From positions 29,636,001 through 29,700,000 of the forward strand of contig OX597831.1 in the NCBI GenBank assembly GCA_951406725.2: DNA of 64,000 bases, given 5' to 3'. The translations under genes were made by a program, and so were the position numbers. Below the pieces are notes generated by a model, which worked only from the letters and a program-made list of their open reading frames with translations, did not search any database and had not been told where the DNA came from. Below are positions 25,531 to 41,345 of this stretch, piece by piece; position 1 is the first letter of the stretch, and each line of letters opens with the position of its first letter. This DNA is from Octopus vulgaris. Taxonomy: Eukaryota.

Positions 25531-26139
25531 TATTCCATAACCCCTAACCTAACTTATATCCAGTTATTGTTTAGGGGGAGGGGTCTTTAAAGTTACACCT
25601 CAAAACCACCATCACCACCAGCCCCACCCACCTCAACCACCGCCACCACCACCACCACCTCAGCTTAATTAGCCCTCATCGTCATCATTATCATCATCAT
25701 TATCATCATCATTATCATCATCATCATTATCATCATCATCATCATCATCATCATCTCCGCAATCATCAGTGACAAAGGTACATACAACTATCTAGATCTG
25801 TCTGTCCGTTTGTCTGCCTGTCATTCTCGCTGTCTGTCTGTCTGTCTGTCGGTCGGCCGGTCGGTCTGTCTGTCCGCCAGTCTGTCTGTCCTGCATAAAA
25901 GCTACAGTGTGCCAGTAGAAAACTTCGACAACTGCTTATACAAACTGTGTGAATCTTGGCCTCTTTAATATACACTATACACACACACACACGTATTATA
26001 TATACATTATATATATACATTCCTTCCTTTTGTTACACCTTTGCACTGCTAATATAATCAGTCATACATATCCACACATATACATACATTCATATTCATA
26101 TATACAAACATACCTGTATACACACACACACACACACAC

Positions 26140-26180
<41 letters not shown>

Positions 26181-27235
26181 CATATATACACACACATATA
26201 TATAGGTGTGTATATATATAACGCTACACTCATACCTATGTATATGTGGAATTTTTACCAAACACCTCATGACTATTGCAAATATTAATAAATTAAATAA
26301 TTAATAATTAATATATAAATAGTATTATTACTATTATAATAATTAACGAATTATTAATTTATGAACATTATATGAACCTGTTGAATCAAAATATTTGGGG
26401 TTTTTTCCAAAAAAATTATTATTATTATTAACTATTGCGGCAATTAATTATTATAATTATCATAATTATTATAATTAACATTATTGATAATTATTACACC
26501 TGCTTTAACATCAAACGTTATTCGAACCAAACTCTTCTTGAACTGGAAACTAATTCAACAACAGCACCACTAACAACAACGAAAAGGGAAACTTATTCTA
26601 TAAGAAAACCCGGTCTGTGTTACCTGTCTTTATATATCTATATAACATATTACCTGTGTTGATTATTTTTACCGTTGTTATCATTACCGCTAGACTCTAT
26701 TTATTTTATATATTACCTGTGCTGTTCAATGTTTGGACTCGTTCGCGACAAACTTAATTTGTAAAAGGTAAAATAAAAAAGTTACGGATGCCCACACTGA
26801 CATAATTTAATGAAACAAGGAAGTGAAAAAAAAAAGAGATAAAAAAAAACCAACAGAAAGACGATTTTATTTCAATGTTACTTCATTATTATTCATATAA
26901 TTGATACTATACACACACGTATATTTATATATACACACATATATCATTATATATAAATATTACGTATAAATATATCTTCCGAATTAAATAATAGCTAGGC
27001 GAGTAATACTTCCCAAGAGACACACACAATACACACATAATATATATATATATATTTCAGAGACCGCGGAGAACAGGTGGGAAACGAACTCATAAACTCA
27101 CAGTCGACAAGCACACGGAAAATAATATTTAATTCAACAGTAGTGACACCTCTCACAACATAAGTCACTCGTAATACTCTTTCCGATATATTAAACACTT
27201 ACCTATACACACACACACACACACACACACACGCA

Positions 27236-27276
<41 letters not shown>

Positions 27277-27783
27277 ATATACATACATACAAACATATAT
27301 ATATATATATATATACATACATACATATAAATACACACACATATATATCGTAGCCGTCTTAGTGTTTGTACAGTTTAATAGTAGTGGACATTAAAAGTTA
27401 AATATATATATATATACGTGTGTGTGTGAGTTTTAAAAAAAATATATCTATAGTATACAATCCACAAATGCCGTTCACGTCTGAAAAAGATATATATAAG
27501 ACAAATGCAACAAAACGAATAAAATTGAAATAAAATTTTAATAACAAAAAGTCATTACTATTATCAGCGGCAACAAAAGGAGTTACTCGCTCTTCACTGA
27601 AAAAAACCATATCAGCTGTGAAACAAACCTAACACTCATACATACGTACACTCACATTCACATTCACGCTCTCACTCATACTCAACTAAAGCGGTAGCAG
27701 CAGCAGCAGCAGCCTTCTCTCGATATAACCTTACCTACGTACAAACATACATACGTCTGGTTTATTTACATCATTTTTAACTC

Positions 27784-27856
27784 ATGGCTCCCGTAACAGA
27801 GGATATAACGCGGGATATATGCCTGATAATATCGGATATAGTCTGTATAGCGCTAG
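27784..27856 (+). CDS. First coding exon of a probable lipid phosphate phosphatase (PAP2; PLPP1-3/wunen-like)
   Basis: ATG, MAPVTEDITRDICLIISDIVCIAL, then G|GTAAGT (consensus phase-1 donor). D-x-x-C-x-x-L followed by a phase-1 intron matches, from recall, PLPP1 (LDVLCVLL|A) and PLPP3 (LDLFCLFM|A). Exon 2 (RGFFC motif) was not found in the window. Confidence 0.6.
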
Positions 27857-28072
27857 GTAAGTACATGTTATATATATATTGTATATTGTATGTGTGTATT
27901 TGTTTGTATATATTTATGTGTGTTTGTATGTGTATGTTGTGTGATTTTGAGGTACGAATTCATAAATGTTTCATTTCTGGTATACGATACATTGTTCGAT
28001 CATATATATAGGTGTATCTGTTTATGTATGTGTGTATGTGTCTCTACATACATGCATACATATATACATACA

Positions 28073-28104
<32 letters not shown>

Positions 28105-28176
28105 GAGATACACAAATATATATATGCGTAAATTGATGCTCTTTTTTCTATTACAAACGTTCGGTTGTACTATCAT

Positions 28177-28213
<37 letters not shown>

Positions 28214-28419
28214 TATGAGTGTGTTTATTGTTTATATCTGACTATATATGCGTGTGTGCGTATTTCTACACACACACACACACACATACACACGCACACA
28301 TACACACACACACTCACACACACACGTGTGTGTGTGTGTGTAAGTATTTATGTATGGGGTGAGTAAACACGTGTTTTGATAGGTATGTTTCTGTTAACGA
28401 GTTTTGTGTGTGCAAGGTA

Positions 28420-28453
<34 letters not shown>

Positions 28454-28576
28454 ATGCATGTATGTATGTAGGTGTGAACGAATGTATATGTTTGTATGTA
28501 TGTGTGTGCATGCGTATATGTGTGGAATCATTATCGTATTACGAGAATTAGTGCAGTCTGTATCTGTGTATGTATG

Positions 28577-28650
<74 letters not shown>

Positions 28651-28720
28651 AGGTGAGAGAGAAAATACATGTATACATATATGCATGTATATTTATAATG
28701 TACATATATATGTATGCATG

Positions 28721-28821
<101 letters not shown>

Positions 28822-28920
28822 TATGTAAGTACAGTACATACGCTGGTGTACAGGCGTGACTAGGAGCCGGGTGTTTGAGTTACGCGTGTGTGTGTGTGTG
28901 TGTATGCATATATATATATG

Positions 28921-28960
<40 letters not shown>

Positions 28961-29477
28961 TATATATATGTATATATATATATAATGTATACATGCATAT
29001 ACATGTTGTACATGTATATACAAACACACATACACACAGTTATGTGTACGCGTGCGTGTGTGTGTATGCGTGTGCGTTACCTGAAGTATTAGACGTTCGT
29101 CGTCCGCTCGAGTCTCTTCCCTCGTCTTTCCATTCATTGCACTTCATTGAATCAACACGCCTTCTCTTCGTTGCGACTGTCGTTGGTTTTGTTGTTGTTG
29201 CCGTTTGTTGTGATTGTTGTTGTTGTTGATGACTCGAGTGTTGAAATGTAGTCGTTGGTATGTATGTATATACGCATGTATGTATGTATGTATGTATGTA
29301 TGTATGTATGTATGTATGTATGTATGTATGTATGTATGTATGTATGTATGTATGTATGTAGCTACGTGTGTAGGTATATCTATCTCTACATATCTGTATA
29401 TCTACATCTTACTATATACATACGTATATGTATATATATGTATATATAATATATATTTATTTGTGAATATTTATATA

Positions 29478-29830
29478 GGCGCAGGAGTGGCTGAGTGGTA
29501 AGTAGCTTGCTAACCAACCACATGGTTGCGGGTTCAGTCCCACTGCGTGGCATCTTGGGCAAGTGTCTTCTGCTATAGCCCCGGGCCGACCAATGCCTTG
29601 TGAGTGGATTTGGTAGACGGAAACTGAAAGAAGCCTGTCGTATATATGTATATATATATATGTGTGTGTGTGTTTGTGTTTGTCCCCCTAGCATTGCTTG
29701 ACAACCGATGCTGGTGTGTTTACGTCCCCGTCACTTAGCGGTTCGGCAAAAAGAGACCGATAGAATAAGTACTAAAAAGGCGGTGCTCCAGCATGGCCGC
29801 AGTCAAATGACTGAAACAAGTAAAAAGAGT
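29478..29830 (+). mobile_element. SINE family A
   Basis: Near-identical to the reverse complement of 588-999, with a ~40-bp deletion. Confidence 0.9.
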
Positions 29831-30006
29831 ATATACTCGTGTACGTCCACACCCCAGTCTATCGATCTATCTATCTATCTATTTTTCTACCAATCTAGCT
29901 ATCTATTTGTATAATTAACACTATACACACCCACAAACATGTTTATATGAATATTTACACACACATGTTTATGTATATATACACACACACAGAGATTATA
30001 TCATTA

Positions 30007-30076
<70 letters not shown>

Positions 30077-30081
30077 CGTAC

Positions 30082-30123
<42 letters not shown>

Positions 30124-30192
30124 GTCTATTTATCTGTCTGTCTGTCTGTCTGTCTGGCTGGCTGGCTGGCTGGCTGGCTGTCTTTCTATGTT

Positions 30193-30228
<36 letters not shown>

Positions 30229-30298
30229 GCGTATGTGTGTGTGTATATATATAAATATACATATATATGTATGCATGTATGTGTCTGTCTGTCCGTCA

Positions 30299-30363
<65 letters not shown>

Positions 30364-30385
30364 CTATATATATATATACACACAT

Positions 30386-30461
<76 letters not shown>

Positions 30462-30989
30462 AGTTTTGGAATAGCGACTCCTCGGAGACATCTGTCTTTA
30501 TGGGAAACCTTAAGTATCGGAAATAGGGGTGCCAAGAATCTGTGTGCGTGTGTGTGTTTATGTGATGTGTGCGTCTGTGTGTGTGTGTATGTGATGCGTG
30601 GGTCTGTGTGATGTGTGTGTGTGTGTGTACATGACTAAAAATATACTACAACTGTTTCATTATATTTGTAATATATACGCATGCATAACAACAACGTGAA
30701 CATTTTCTTCTATACCGGTCAAGTGAGTTTGTTGTTGTTTGTGTATAGTAAATTCACACCCACGTGTTTGTGTGTTTGTGTATATGTATGCATACTCATA
30801 CACACACACACACACACACACACATTCTCATATACACACACACACACACATTCTCATATACACACACATATATATACAAACGCACACATTATCATCTGTC
30901 TGTGATTCATAATTTCATACGCAATAATAGCAATAAGATATTAAGTAGATATGAATCTACGTTTTCTTTTGTATTCTTTCCCTCTCTTC

Positions 30990-31694
<705 letters not shown>

Positions 31695-32069
31695 GTCTTT
31701 CCTTTCTTCTCTCTCTCTTTCTCTTAATGTCTCGTACAAGATTGTGTATATATGTATGTATGTCTATATGTATATATGAGTGTGTATTTGTGCCTCCTAA
31801 TGTGTGTGTGTGTGTGTATGCGTATTATTTTTAATCTGCTGTATCTGTATATACATACATATGTTTAAATACGTGCGTGTGTGTGCATGTGTGTATGTGT
31901 ATATGCAAGCATGTGTATGTGAGTATGTGTGTGTGTGCGCGAATATGTGTGCGAGTATGCGTGTCCGAGGATGTGTGTATGTGCGCGCGTGTGTGTGCGT
32001 GTGTATTTTGCCGCACCCCCGGCTAGACTTTCCCTCCAGCACACTAAACCATTCTACATCGTTTACTGT

Positions 32070-32450
32070 TACCTTTTAGTCATTAGACTGCGGCCATGCT
32101 GGGGCACCACCTTGACGGTTTATTAAATTTTTTTTTAATTTTTAGTGGAACAAAAACCAATTCCGGTACTTATTTCTTTAAAGTCCGGTACTCTTCTTAT
32201 TCTATCGTTCTCTTCTGCCGAGACGCTCATGCTACAGGGATGTAAACAAACAAGCACCGGTTTTCGTGCGTGTGGCGGGTGAAACGACGAGCTTTCAACA
32301 GAGTTTCCATCTACCAAATTCACTCACAAGACTTTGGATTGGTTCGGGGCTATTTTAGGAGACATTTGCACAATGAGGTACCGAGCAGTAGGACTGAACT
32401 CAAAGTCGTGTGGCTGCAACGAAAGCTTGTAACCGGAAAGCCATACATAC
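32070..32450 (-). mobile_element. SINE family A, diverged
   Basis: AGTCATTAGACTGCGGCCATGCTGG tail and CTACCAAATTCACTCACAAG core. Confidence 0.7.
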
Positions 32451-32496
32451 GCTTATGTATGTGCCTAGAGTAAAAAAAAAAAAAAAGATTTAGCCG

Positions 32497-33298
32497 GGAA
32501 GCTGGCAGAAACGTTAGCGCGCCAGGCGAAATACTGAGCGGTATTTCGTCTGCGGTTACGTTCTCAGTTCAAATTCCGCCGTGGTCGACTTTGCCTTTCA
32601 CCCTTTCGGGGTCGATTAAATAAGTACCAGTTACGCACTGGGGTCGATATAATCGACTTAATCCGTTTGTTTGTCCTTGTTTGCCCTCTCTGTGTTTAGC
32701 CCCTTGTGGGTAGTAAAGAAATAGGTATTTCGTCTGCCGTTACGTTCTGAGTTCAAATTCCGCCGAGGTCGACTTTGCCTTTCATCCTTTCGAGGTCGAT
32801 AAATTAAATACCAGTTACGCACTTGGGTCGATATAATCGACTTAATCCGTTTCTCTATCCTTGTTTGTCCTCTCTGTGTGTAGCCCCCTGTGGGCAGTAA
32901 AGAAATAAGATACGTTTGCATGCTGGACGAAATGCTTAGCGGGATTTCGTCTGCCGTTACCTTCTGAATTCAAATTCCGCCGTGGTCGACTTTGCCTTTC
33001 ATCCTTTCGAGGTCGATAAATTAAATACCAGTTACGCACTGGGGTCGATGTAATCAACTTAATCCCTTTGACTGTCCTTGTTTGTCCCCTTTATGTTTAG
33101 CCCCTTGTGGACAATAAAGAAATAAGAAACGTTAGCACGCCGGAAGAAATGTTAGTGGTATTTCGTCTGCCTTTACGATCTGAGTTCAAATTTCCCCGAG
33201 GTCGAGGTTGCCTTTTATCCTTTCGGGGTCGATGAATTAAATACCAGTTACGTACTGGAGTCGATCCAAAATTCCGGACCTTGTGCCTAGAGTAGAAA
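32497..33298 (+). mobile_element. Head-to-tail tetramer of SINE family B
   Basis: Four successive GTTCAAATT...TACCAGTTACG units, joined at AAAGAAATA(G/A)G. Confidence 0.9.
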
Positions 33299-33648
33299 GT
33301 TGCCACACCTCCCTCTTAACTTCTTCATACACACATACACAAGCACATACACACACACACACACACATACACACACACACACACATTCCTCATCATTCTA
33401 TTACTGACCTTCCTTGTTGCACTACTTTATATATATTTTAAAACCTTTTTTATCTTTTACTTGTTTCAGTCATTAGACTGCGGCCATGCTGGGGCACCGC
33501 CTTGAAGAAATTTTAGTCTAAATAATTCAACCCCAGTACTAAAAGCCTGGTACTTATTCTATCGATACTTTTGGCCGAACCGCTAAGTTACGCGAACATA
33601 AGCACACCAGCATTGGGTGTCAAAGTAGAGGCAAACAAACACACACAG

Positions 33649-33730
<82 letters not shown>

Positions 33731-33897
33731 CTCTTTAACTACTTTCACCTTGAAAGCTGCATTCATGTTGGAGCACCACTTTTGGCTGTGCTACACCTTG
33801 ATAATTTGAAACCTCCTCTGCTTTGGTGTAATGAGGGAACCTGATGCTGCTGCCCTCATCTGAGTTTTCTGCCGTGAGGAAGGCTCACCCGAAAACC

Positions 33898-34483
<586 letters not shown>

Positions 34484-34930
34484 ATACATACATATACACA
34501 CGACGGGCTTCTTTCACTTTCTATCTGCCAAATCCACTCTCAAGGCTTTGGGCGACTTGAGGCTATAGTGGGACTGAACCAGGAAATGAAGTGGGACTGA
34601 ACCAGGTAATTTGTGGTTGAGAAGCAAGCTTCTTACCACTATACTGCGCGTATGCCCACTTACATGCAATGTGTGTGTGTGTGAGAGAGAGAGAGCACTC
34701 CGGCGACATGGGTCCCAGCTGATACGATCAACGGAACACCTTGCTCGTGAAAGTAACGTGCAAGTGGCTGAAAAATCCACAGGTACATGTACCCGAAATG
34801 TAATTCTCAGGGATATTTCAGCATGACACAGCTTGAAATGTATATATATATATATATATGATCCTAGACAGATATTGTTTGAGTGACTGTATGTAGGATG
34901 TTATATATATGATCACAACACACATGCACG

Positions 34931-35025
<95 letters not shown>

Positions 35026-35138
35026 ATATCTTTCTAGGATCTTCTTAAATTCTTACCAAACATTTAAAATATTTCAAATATCCACCAGATTACTTTAAAA
35101 CCAATAGTTTTTAATTATTAATATGTAGAAAATGCTAT

Positions 35139-35775
35139 GGCGTCGAGCTGGCGGAATCGTTAGCACGCCGGGCGAAATGCTTAGCAGAATTTCGTCTGCT
35201 GCTACGCTCTGAGTTCAAATTCCACCGAGGTTGACTTTGTTTTTCATCCATTCCTGGCTTTGTGTCAAAAGTTTAGCCCAAAATCTTGTATAGGCGGCGA
35301 TGTGGTAGAATCGGTAGCACGCCCAATAAAATGCTTTACTGTTTTTCCTATGTCTCTTCGTTCCGAGTTCAATTTCCGCCGGGGTCGATTTTATCTTTTA
35401 TCTTTTCTGTGTCGATGATATAAGTTACCAGCCTAATACGGGTATCGATGTCATCAACTATGCCCATCCCCTCAAATTCCAGACAGTTTCTATAACATAA
35501 AGGTTTATTGATATTTGTGCTGGCAGAAACGTTAGCACGCCGGGCGAAACGCGTAGCCGTATTTCGTCCGTCTTTACGTTCTGGGTTCAAATTCCACACA
35601 GGTTGACTTTGCATTTCATCCTTCTGGGGTCGATAAAATAAGTACCAGTTGAGGATTGGGGTCGAACTTTCCGGAACTTGCTGCCTTGTGCCAAAATGTG
35701 AAACAAGGCGAGCGCTGGCAGAATCGTTAGCAAGCCGGACAAAATGCTTACCGGCATTTCTTCCGACTCTGCGTC
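35139..35775 (+). mobile_element. Cluster of four diverged SINE family B copies
   Basis: Repeated TGGCRGAA(T/A)CGTTAGCA heads at ~35139, 35293, 35519 and 35707. Confidence 0.8.
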
Positions 35776-35809
35776 TGAAACAACAAAAGAACAAAAATGT
35801 GTGTATGTG

Positions 35810-36075
35810 CGCGCGTATCACCGCGACTGTATATCCGAAGTGAGGTGATTCGAGAACGAAGCGGAGTGAACGATGTGGTCCGAACATTTCACGTGGTTCA
35901 CAGACAACAGGTGGACCCGTGCAGTTGCCGAGAAGGATCCACGGAGATTGGAAAATGCCACTCGGAAGGTCTCTGCGACGATGGGGTGACAATTTAGTTA
36001 AAAGATTTGGGCTAAGACAGAAAAGAATGGTACAGTCAAGACAAGATAGAAAGCGCATTGTGACTAGCGATGTAA
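35810..36075 (+). mobile_element. RTE LINE 3' end fragment
   Basis: IRSEVIRERSGVNDVV...FTDNRWTRAVAE...WKMPLGRSLRRWGDNLVKRFG matches the RTE C-terminal RWT..W.P..KR..GRP..RW.D motif. Confidence 0.75.
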
Positions 36076-36287
36076 CAATGTACTAGCTAGACTACTGATT
36101 GTTTAGTTGATACTGTGGTATGTATATACACAGATCGAAAGCTTTTGTATTAATGGAAAACCTATATATTTGGCTGATGAGCACTCAGCATCTTAAATCT
36201 GCTGTAATACTTACAACTTTTAATAAAATGATGTGGTGCGAAACAATTGTACCAAATTACCGGGGTCATTCTTATTACTTATTTTGA

Positions 36288-36420
<133 letters not shown>

Positions 36421-37679
36421 TACTGTGCGGGCGATCATTCGGTAATGGTATACAGGGCATCAGGTGTCAGCTTGAGGAGAACACGTCACTCGCCCTCTTT
36501 TTCAGCCTAGCCTCTTTATGTTACGAGAGAAGGTTGTGTGGGTGAATGATATCGTGTACCAATACCGAAGGATTGTCGCTGTGTGTGTCTATGTCATTGT
36601 GTATACACGTTGGTGCCTACATGCATTTAATCGGAGAAAAGTACTCAATACTCGTTGTTAGAGTGCAATGAAATGATTTATTGCAAGCTGTGTCTTCATA
36701 AGTTATAGAACTAGTTCAGTCGTTAAAGCAGCGGACAAAATAAAATACATAGTGGTATTTGTTACTGTTCTTTACATACATCATATTCAAATCCAGACGG
36801 TGGCGTAACTGGTTTTCTTCAAGGCCATCTCAGCAGCATTATATAGGCCGCTCGAGTTAAATCAATGCACTAGAGTGTTTATTTATTAATGGCTTGCGAT
36901 TACAGAATAGATATATCAGAGTCGGGTCCCTGGACCCGTAAGGCCCCCCAGACAACTATCCAGTGTACCCATGCTTTAGGACTGCACTAGCTCTCATCTT
37001 TACTCTAAAATATAGTATTATTTCGGTTGAGGGCGGCGAACTGATGGAATTTTGTGCGCACACTTACACACATTGGTATGTATGTATTTATAGGTTCTCC
37101 TCTATGGCCTTTGCCATCATGACTTGGGCGTGAAATCTGCTTTTATTTTCTGTATCTTTTATTATGGCTAGGAATCAGTATATTTTCAGGAACAAAAACT
37201 GCAATTTACTTAATTAGACAAGGACAAACAATGATGGAATTAAATATAGACAGTCATTACATCGCTTTTGATATCTGCTTTTGTTCATATATGAAAACAT
37301 GGTGAAGATTTAGTCGAGATAAAAGGAAAACCAAACAAACTTGACAGTTGGACACCGAACATTTTACGTAACTAAAATACATTGCTATATTACGTAGAGG
37401 CCGTCGCCTTGTTACGAACTTATAGAGATACGGAGTTTGTCGCTTGGTTACCCAGTGACCGAGACACGGACAAACCTATCTGTAAATCGATATTCTGAAC
37501 ACGGTGCCGGTTCAGAAATTGAACTACTTCATAAATCGATAGCAGAAGCTCCTCCTTGTCATCACGCCAATCCAACACATGTTAGTGGTGGTCATTTATG
37601 GTTTTTACAAATAGTCAACCGCCCTGACAACGGCGAGTCAACGGCCATAACAGTTCGAGTAGAAACAGTGGTGACAGGG

Positions 37680-38545
37680 ACAGCAAAGAGTGTCATACTT
37701 ATTACTGTCCAAGGTAGACATTATAACATGACATAAAAGCGGTGAGAAAATAATAACCCAAACAGCTACACATCTGGTGAATCGTTGTTTCTACTGTTGC
37801 AGCACTATCGAAGGACAAAGAACGCATTAAGCAGGTTCTCTACAAATACACATACCGCGATAATTTATTATTATAAACGAAACTCAGTGATAGACGAAAA
37901 AGGAATCTTCTGAGCGAGTGGATGGTCGACCAGTGTCAGTGCAGCACGCCTACAACACTAAATTGAGTGGATGTTTTTGAAGATTTAATGTTAAATATAA
38001 TGAATGCTGGTAAAGAAACATTAATTTGTAAACAGTGTAGAAGACCGGTGTAGAAGATCGGTGAAACTTCCACAACATAAAGATGGGTTAGTGGCTGGTT
38101 GTAGTGACGGGCATAGCTTTCAGTAGAGTCTTGTTGGAAAATCATTGATGACGTGTAGGGGGGGGGGGGGGGGTCTAACCGTGTACGATGTTCTTGAATT
38201 TTGGAATGTCACATTAAGGGGCTGAACAATGAGGATTCAATGGAGGAAACCATTCAAAAAGGTTGAGGAACTCTAGTTCACCTGTTTGCAAAATGGCTGA
38301 GGATTTCAGCATTACCGAGGAGGTACTAACTTCTTTTGAGTCCCAAGATCCAAACACTGAAATATTTCGAAGAATATCTGCTGCTGTTGTGAGAAGATAC
38401 TAGTTTGTTTTTTCCTTCTTTTTTCCCTTTTTTTTTTGTCTTTCAGAGTTTCAAGATTCACAATATTTGCTTCTGTTGATGACACTATGACCTTTTATAA
38501 GAAGATTTATGAAAGGAAAATAAAATACTGACATTCAAAATACAT
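37680..38545 (+). mobile_element. Internally deleted Tigger/pogo transposase remnant
   Basis: CENP-B-type HTH KVDII.HKSGEK...STVAA-SKDKERIKQ, then LSEWMVDQ, then C-terminal FESQDPNTEIFRRISAAV and FYKKIYERK. Confidence 0.65.
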
Positions 38546-38559
38546 AATTTTAAACATAA

Positions 38560-38751
38560 GGCGCAGGAGTGGTTGTGTGGTAAGTAGCTTGCTTACCAAC
38601 CACGTGGTTCCGAGTTCAGTCCCACTGCGTGGCACCATGAGCGAGTGTCTTCTACTATAGACTCGGGCCGACCAAAGCCTTATGAGTGGATTTGGTAGAC
38701 AGAAACTGAAAGAAGTCCGTCGTATATATGTATATATATATATATTATATA

Positions 38752-38815
<64 letters not shown>

Positions 38816-39022
38816 CTGTGTGTGTGTGCATGTTTGTGTATCGCTTGAAAACCGATGCTGGTGTGTTTACGTCCCCGTAACTTAGCGGTTCCGCAAAAGT
38901 ATTCCGATAGAATAAGTACTAGGCTTACAAAGAATATGTCCTGGGGTCGATTTGCTCAACTAAAGGTGGTGCTCCAGCATGGCCACAGTCAAATGACTGA
39001 AACAAGTAAAAGAGTAAAAGAA
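38560..39022 (+). mobile_element. SINE family A
   Basis: Complete head, internal microsatellite and tail. Confidence 0.9.
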
Positions 39023-39837
39023 TAAAAAAAAATGTTTAAAACATTCTGAATGTCAAATGACCGCCGCAGACTCCGGAGGTTTTTACGGCAGTTTAAAGTC
39101 TTCAAGATTGAGGCAATAATATACAAGCTTCGTCTACTTGACAGACACGCATGAATGATCAGAAGACCCTGATACAGGGTTTGGGTGGTGACCTTTCATG
39201 CGGAAAGTGCCCTTAGTACAAATTCAAGGCTGCACTTTTAGCAGTGTAAAAAAAAGTCTGCGTTAAAAATAAGTGAAATAAGTAAAATCAAATGGATTTT
39301 TTTTTTAATCTCCATTAATGCAGAAAAATAATTAAAAGGTGATGTGCATATATTTGTTTTAATAAAGCACACATTTCTCATGCACAGTTTAAGTGTGCAG
39401 CAGAGAGACATATTAATTGTGAAATGGGTGGGGTTACGATTGAGTCTGCGGTATTTTCCAAGGCCTGGTTTGACTCATGAATATTCATCAGCTTAGACAA
39501 ACAAATGTCTACAGCTACGTTCGTTACGAAACATGTTGTAGCATGATGGACATGTGGTAAGGTTTGCAAATCTAGTGATGGCTTATATTGACACAGTGCC
39601 TATACATTTAGAGTATATTTCTGTTTATTGTAATGTTATGTAAATAGCATTGTTTGTGTAGACTTGCGAACGATAGGAAGGAACAGAGCGAGCTTGAAAA
39701 AGACACCTTCGAAAGCATGATTCACAGACACAAAAAATACATACATACATACATATACACATAGACATACATACAAACATACGCAGATACGTATATACAT
39801 ACACACAAGCACATTTATACACACATGTATATATAGC

Positions 39838-39997
39838 GGGTGTGTGGTAAGTAGCTTGCTTACCAACCACAAGGTTCCGGGTTCAGTCCCACTGCGTGGC
39901 ACCTTAGGCAAGTGTCTTCTACTATAGCCTCGGGCCGACCAAAGCCTTGTGAGTGAATTTGGTAGACGGAAACTGAAAGAAGCCCGTCGTATATATG

Positions 39998-40051
<54 letters not shown>

Positions 40052-40270
40052 ATATATGTATATGTTTGTGTGTCTGTGTTTGTCCCCCCAACATCGCTTG
40101 ACAACCGATGTTCGTGTGTTTATGTCCCCGTAACTAAGCGGCTCGGCAAAAGAGACCGATAGAATAAGTACTAGGCTTACAAAGAATAAGTCCTGGGGTC
40201 GATTTGGTCGATCTGGTGCTCCAGCATGGCCACAGTCAAATGACTGAAACAAGTAAAAGGGTAAAAGAGT
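39838..40270 (+). mobile_element. SINE family A
   Basis: Slightly 5'-truncated, with a full tail. Confidence 0.9.
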
Positions 40271-41345
40271 AGACACACGCACACAAACTCACACACACTT
40301 ACATATACATATATGTGCATGTGTGTATATGTGTGTGTTTATGATTACAAGCAAGAAGAATGGAATGAGAATGACTTTTTAATACATCCAGCTACGATTG
40401 TTTTATCTGAACTTGATCCAATCAATCTTGCTATATTATGCAATAATAAATGCAAGTATTGATTTTTCAGACGTCATTGAAATGTCATTGTATGATATAT
40501 AGAGAGGCAGTTATACTATAAGAGAGAGGGAAGAGAGGGAGAAAGAGAGAGAGGGGAGGGAGGGAAAAAGGGAGGGAGAGAGAGGCACTTAGCGTTTGTT
40601 TTGTCAGAATGGAGGTCATCGTTAGCAAGAAAAAGTAGATATAAAGAAACAGCTGACCTGAAATGAACATTGTTACTGAAAGCCATAGTGGTAATAATAA
40701 TGATGATGGGGTGGTGGTGGTGGTGTGTTGACTGAAAAGCATTTTTTTATTGAACTAAATCTATAAAAAAATGTCTACCTCATCGTTTACACTTTACGCT
40801 TTAGTTTGTTAGGGAAGGAGTGAGAGGGAGAGGGAGAGGGAATGTGAGAGTGAGTGAGAGAGAGCAGATAGCCAGCCGATGCATCATGCTGTCACCAACG
40901 TGGTTTGTGAAAGTGAAAGGTGAAGAGGAAGAAAGAAATGTTAAAGATATGAAGAGGAGAATTACATGGCTAAAAAGTTTGGTGAGGAGGTAGAGAGAAA
41001 GAGAGAAATATAAAGTGCTTAGCAGAGGGAACTTTTTAAATCATGCAATATGTTATTGTAACTGGAAGTGAAATAACTTAGCAAAATAAAAGTTAAAATA
41101 CAAATCATCCTTTATTTCTTAAATAGCTTCTCTTAATCTTTTTCGTTCGGTGGAATTTCCAGGGGTCCCACGAGTTGCGAATAGGAAGAAGTCGGAAAAC
41201 ATGGAAGTGATTTAACACTAGGAAATACACGTAAAAAGACTTGCTCACTCTATTTTCGTTTGTAATTGTAAAAACTCAATAGATATACGTGGGTTTTAAG
41301 ACAGGAGTCTGATAAAACAATCAATCTCCACATTACTGCCTTAAT

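Noticed and set aside
30645-30660. Minus-strand GAAACAGTTGTA, a hammerhead 3' half
   Set aside because: No CUGANGA partner nearby, so a fragment at most.
36174-36215. CTGATGAG box
   Set aside because: No downstream GAAA or stems.
36785-36990. Possible hAT-type MITE
   Set aside because: The terminal inverted repeats are too degenerate to pair and no TSD is seen.
36495-41220. Candidate PLPP exon 2 after acceptors at ~36505 and ~41126
   Set aside because: The phase-1 reading gives an immediate stop or an unrelated peptide without RGFFC.
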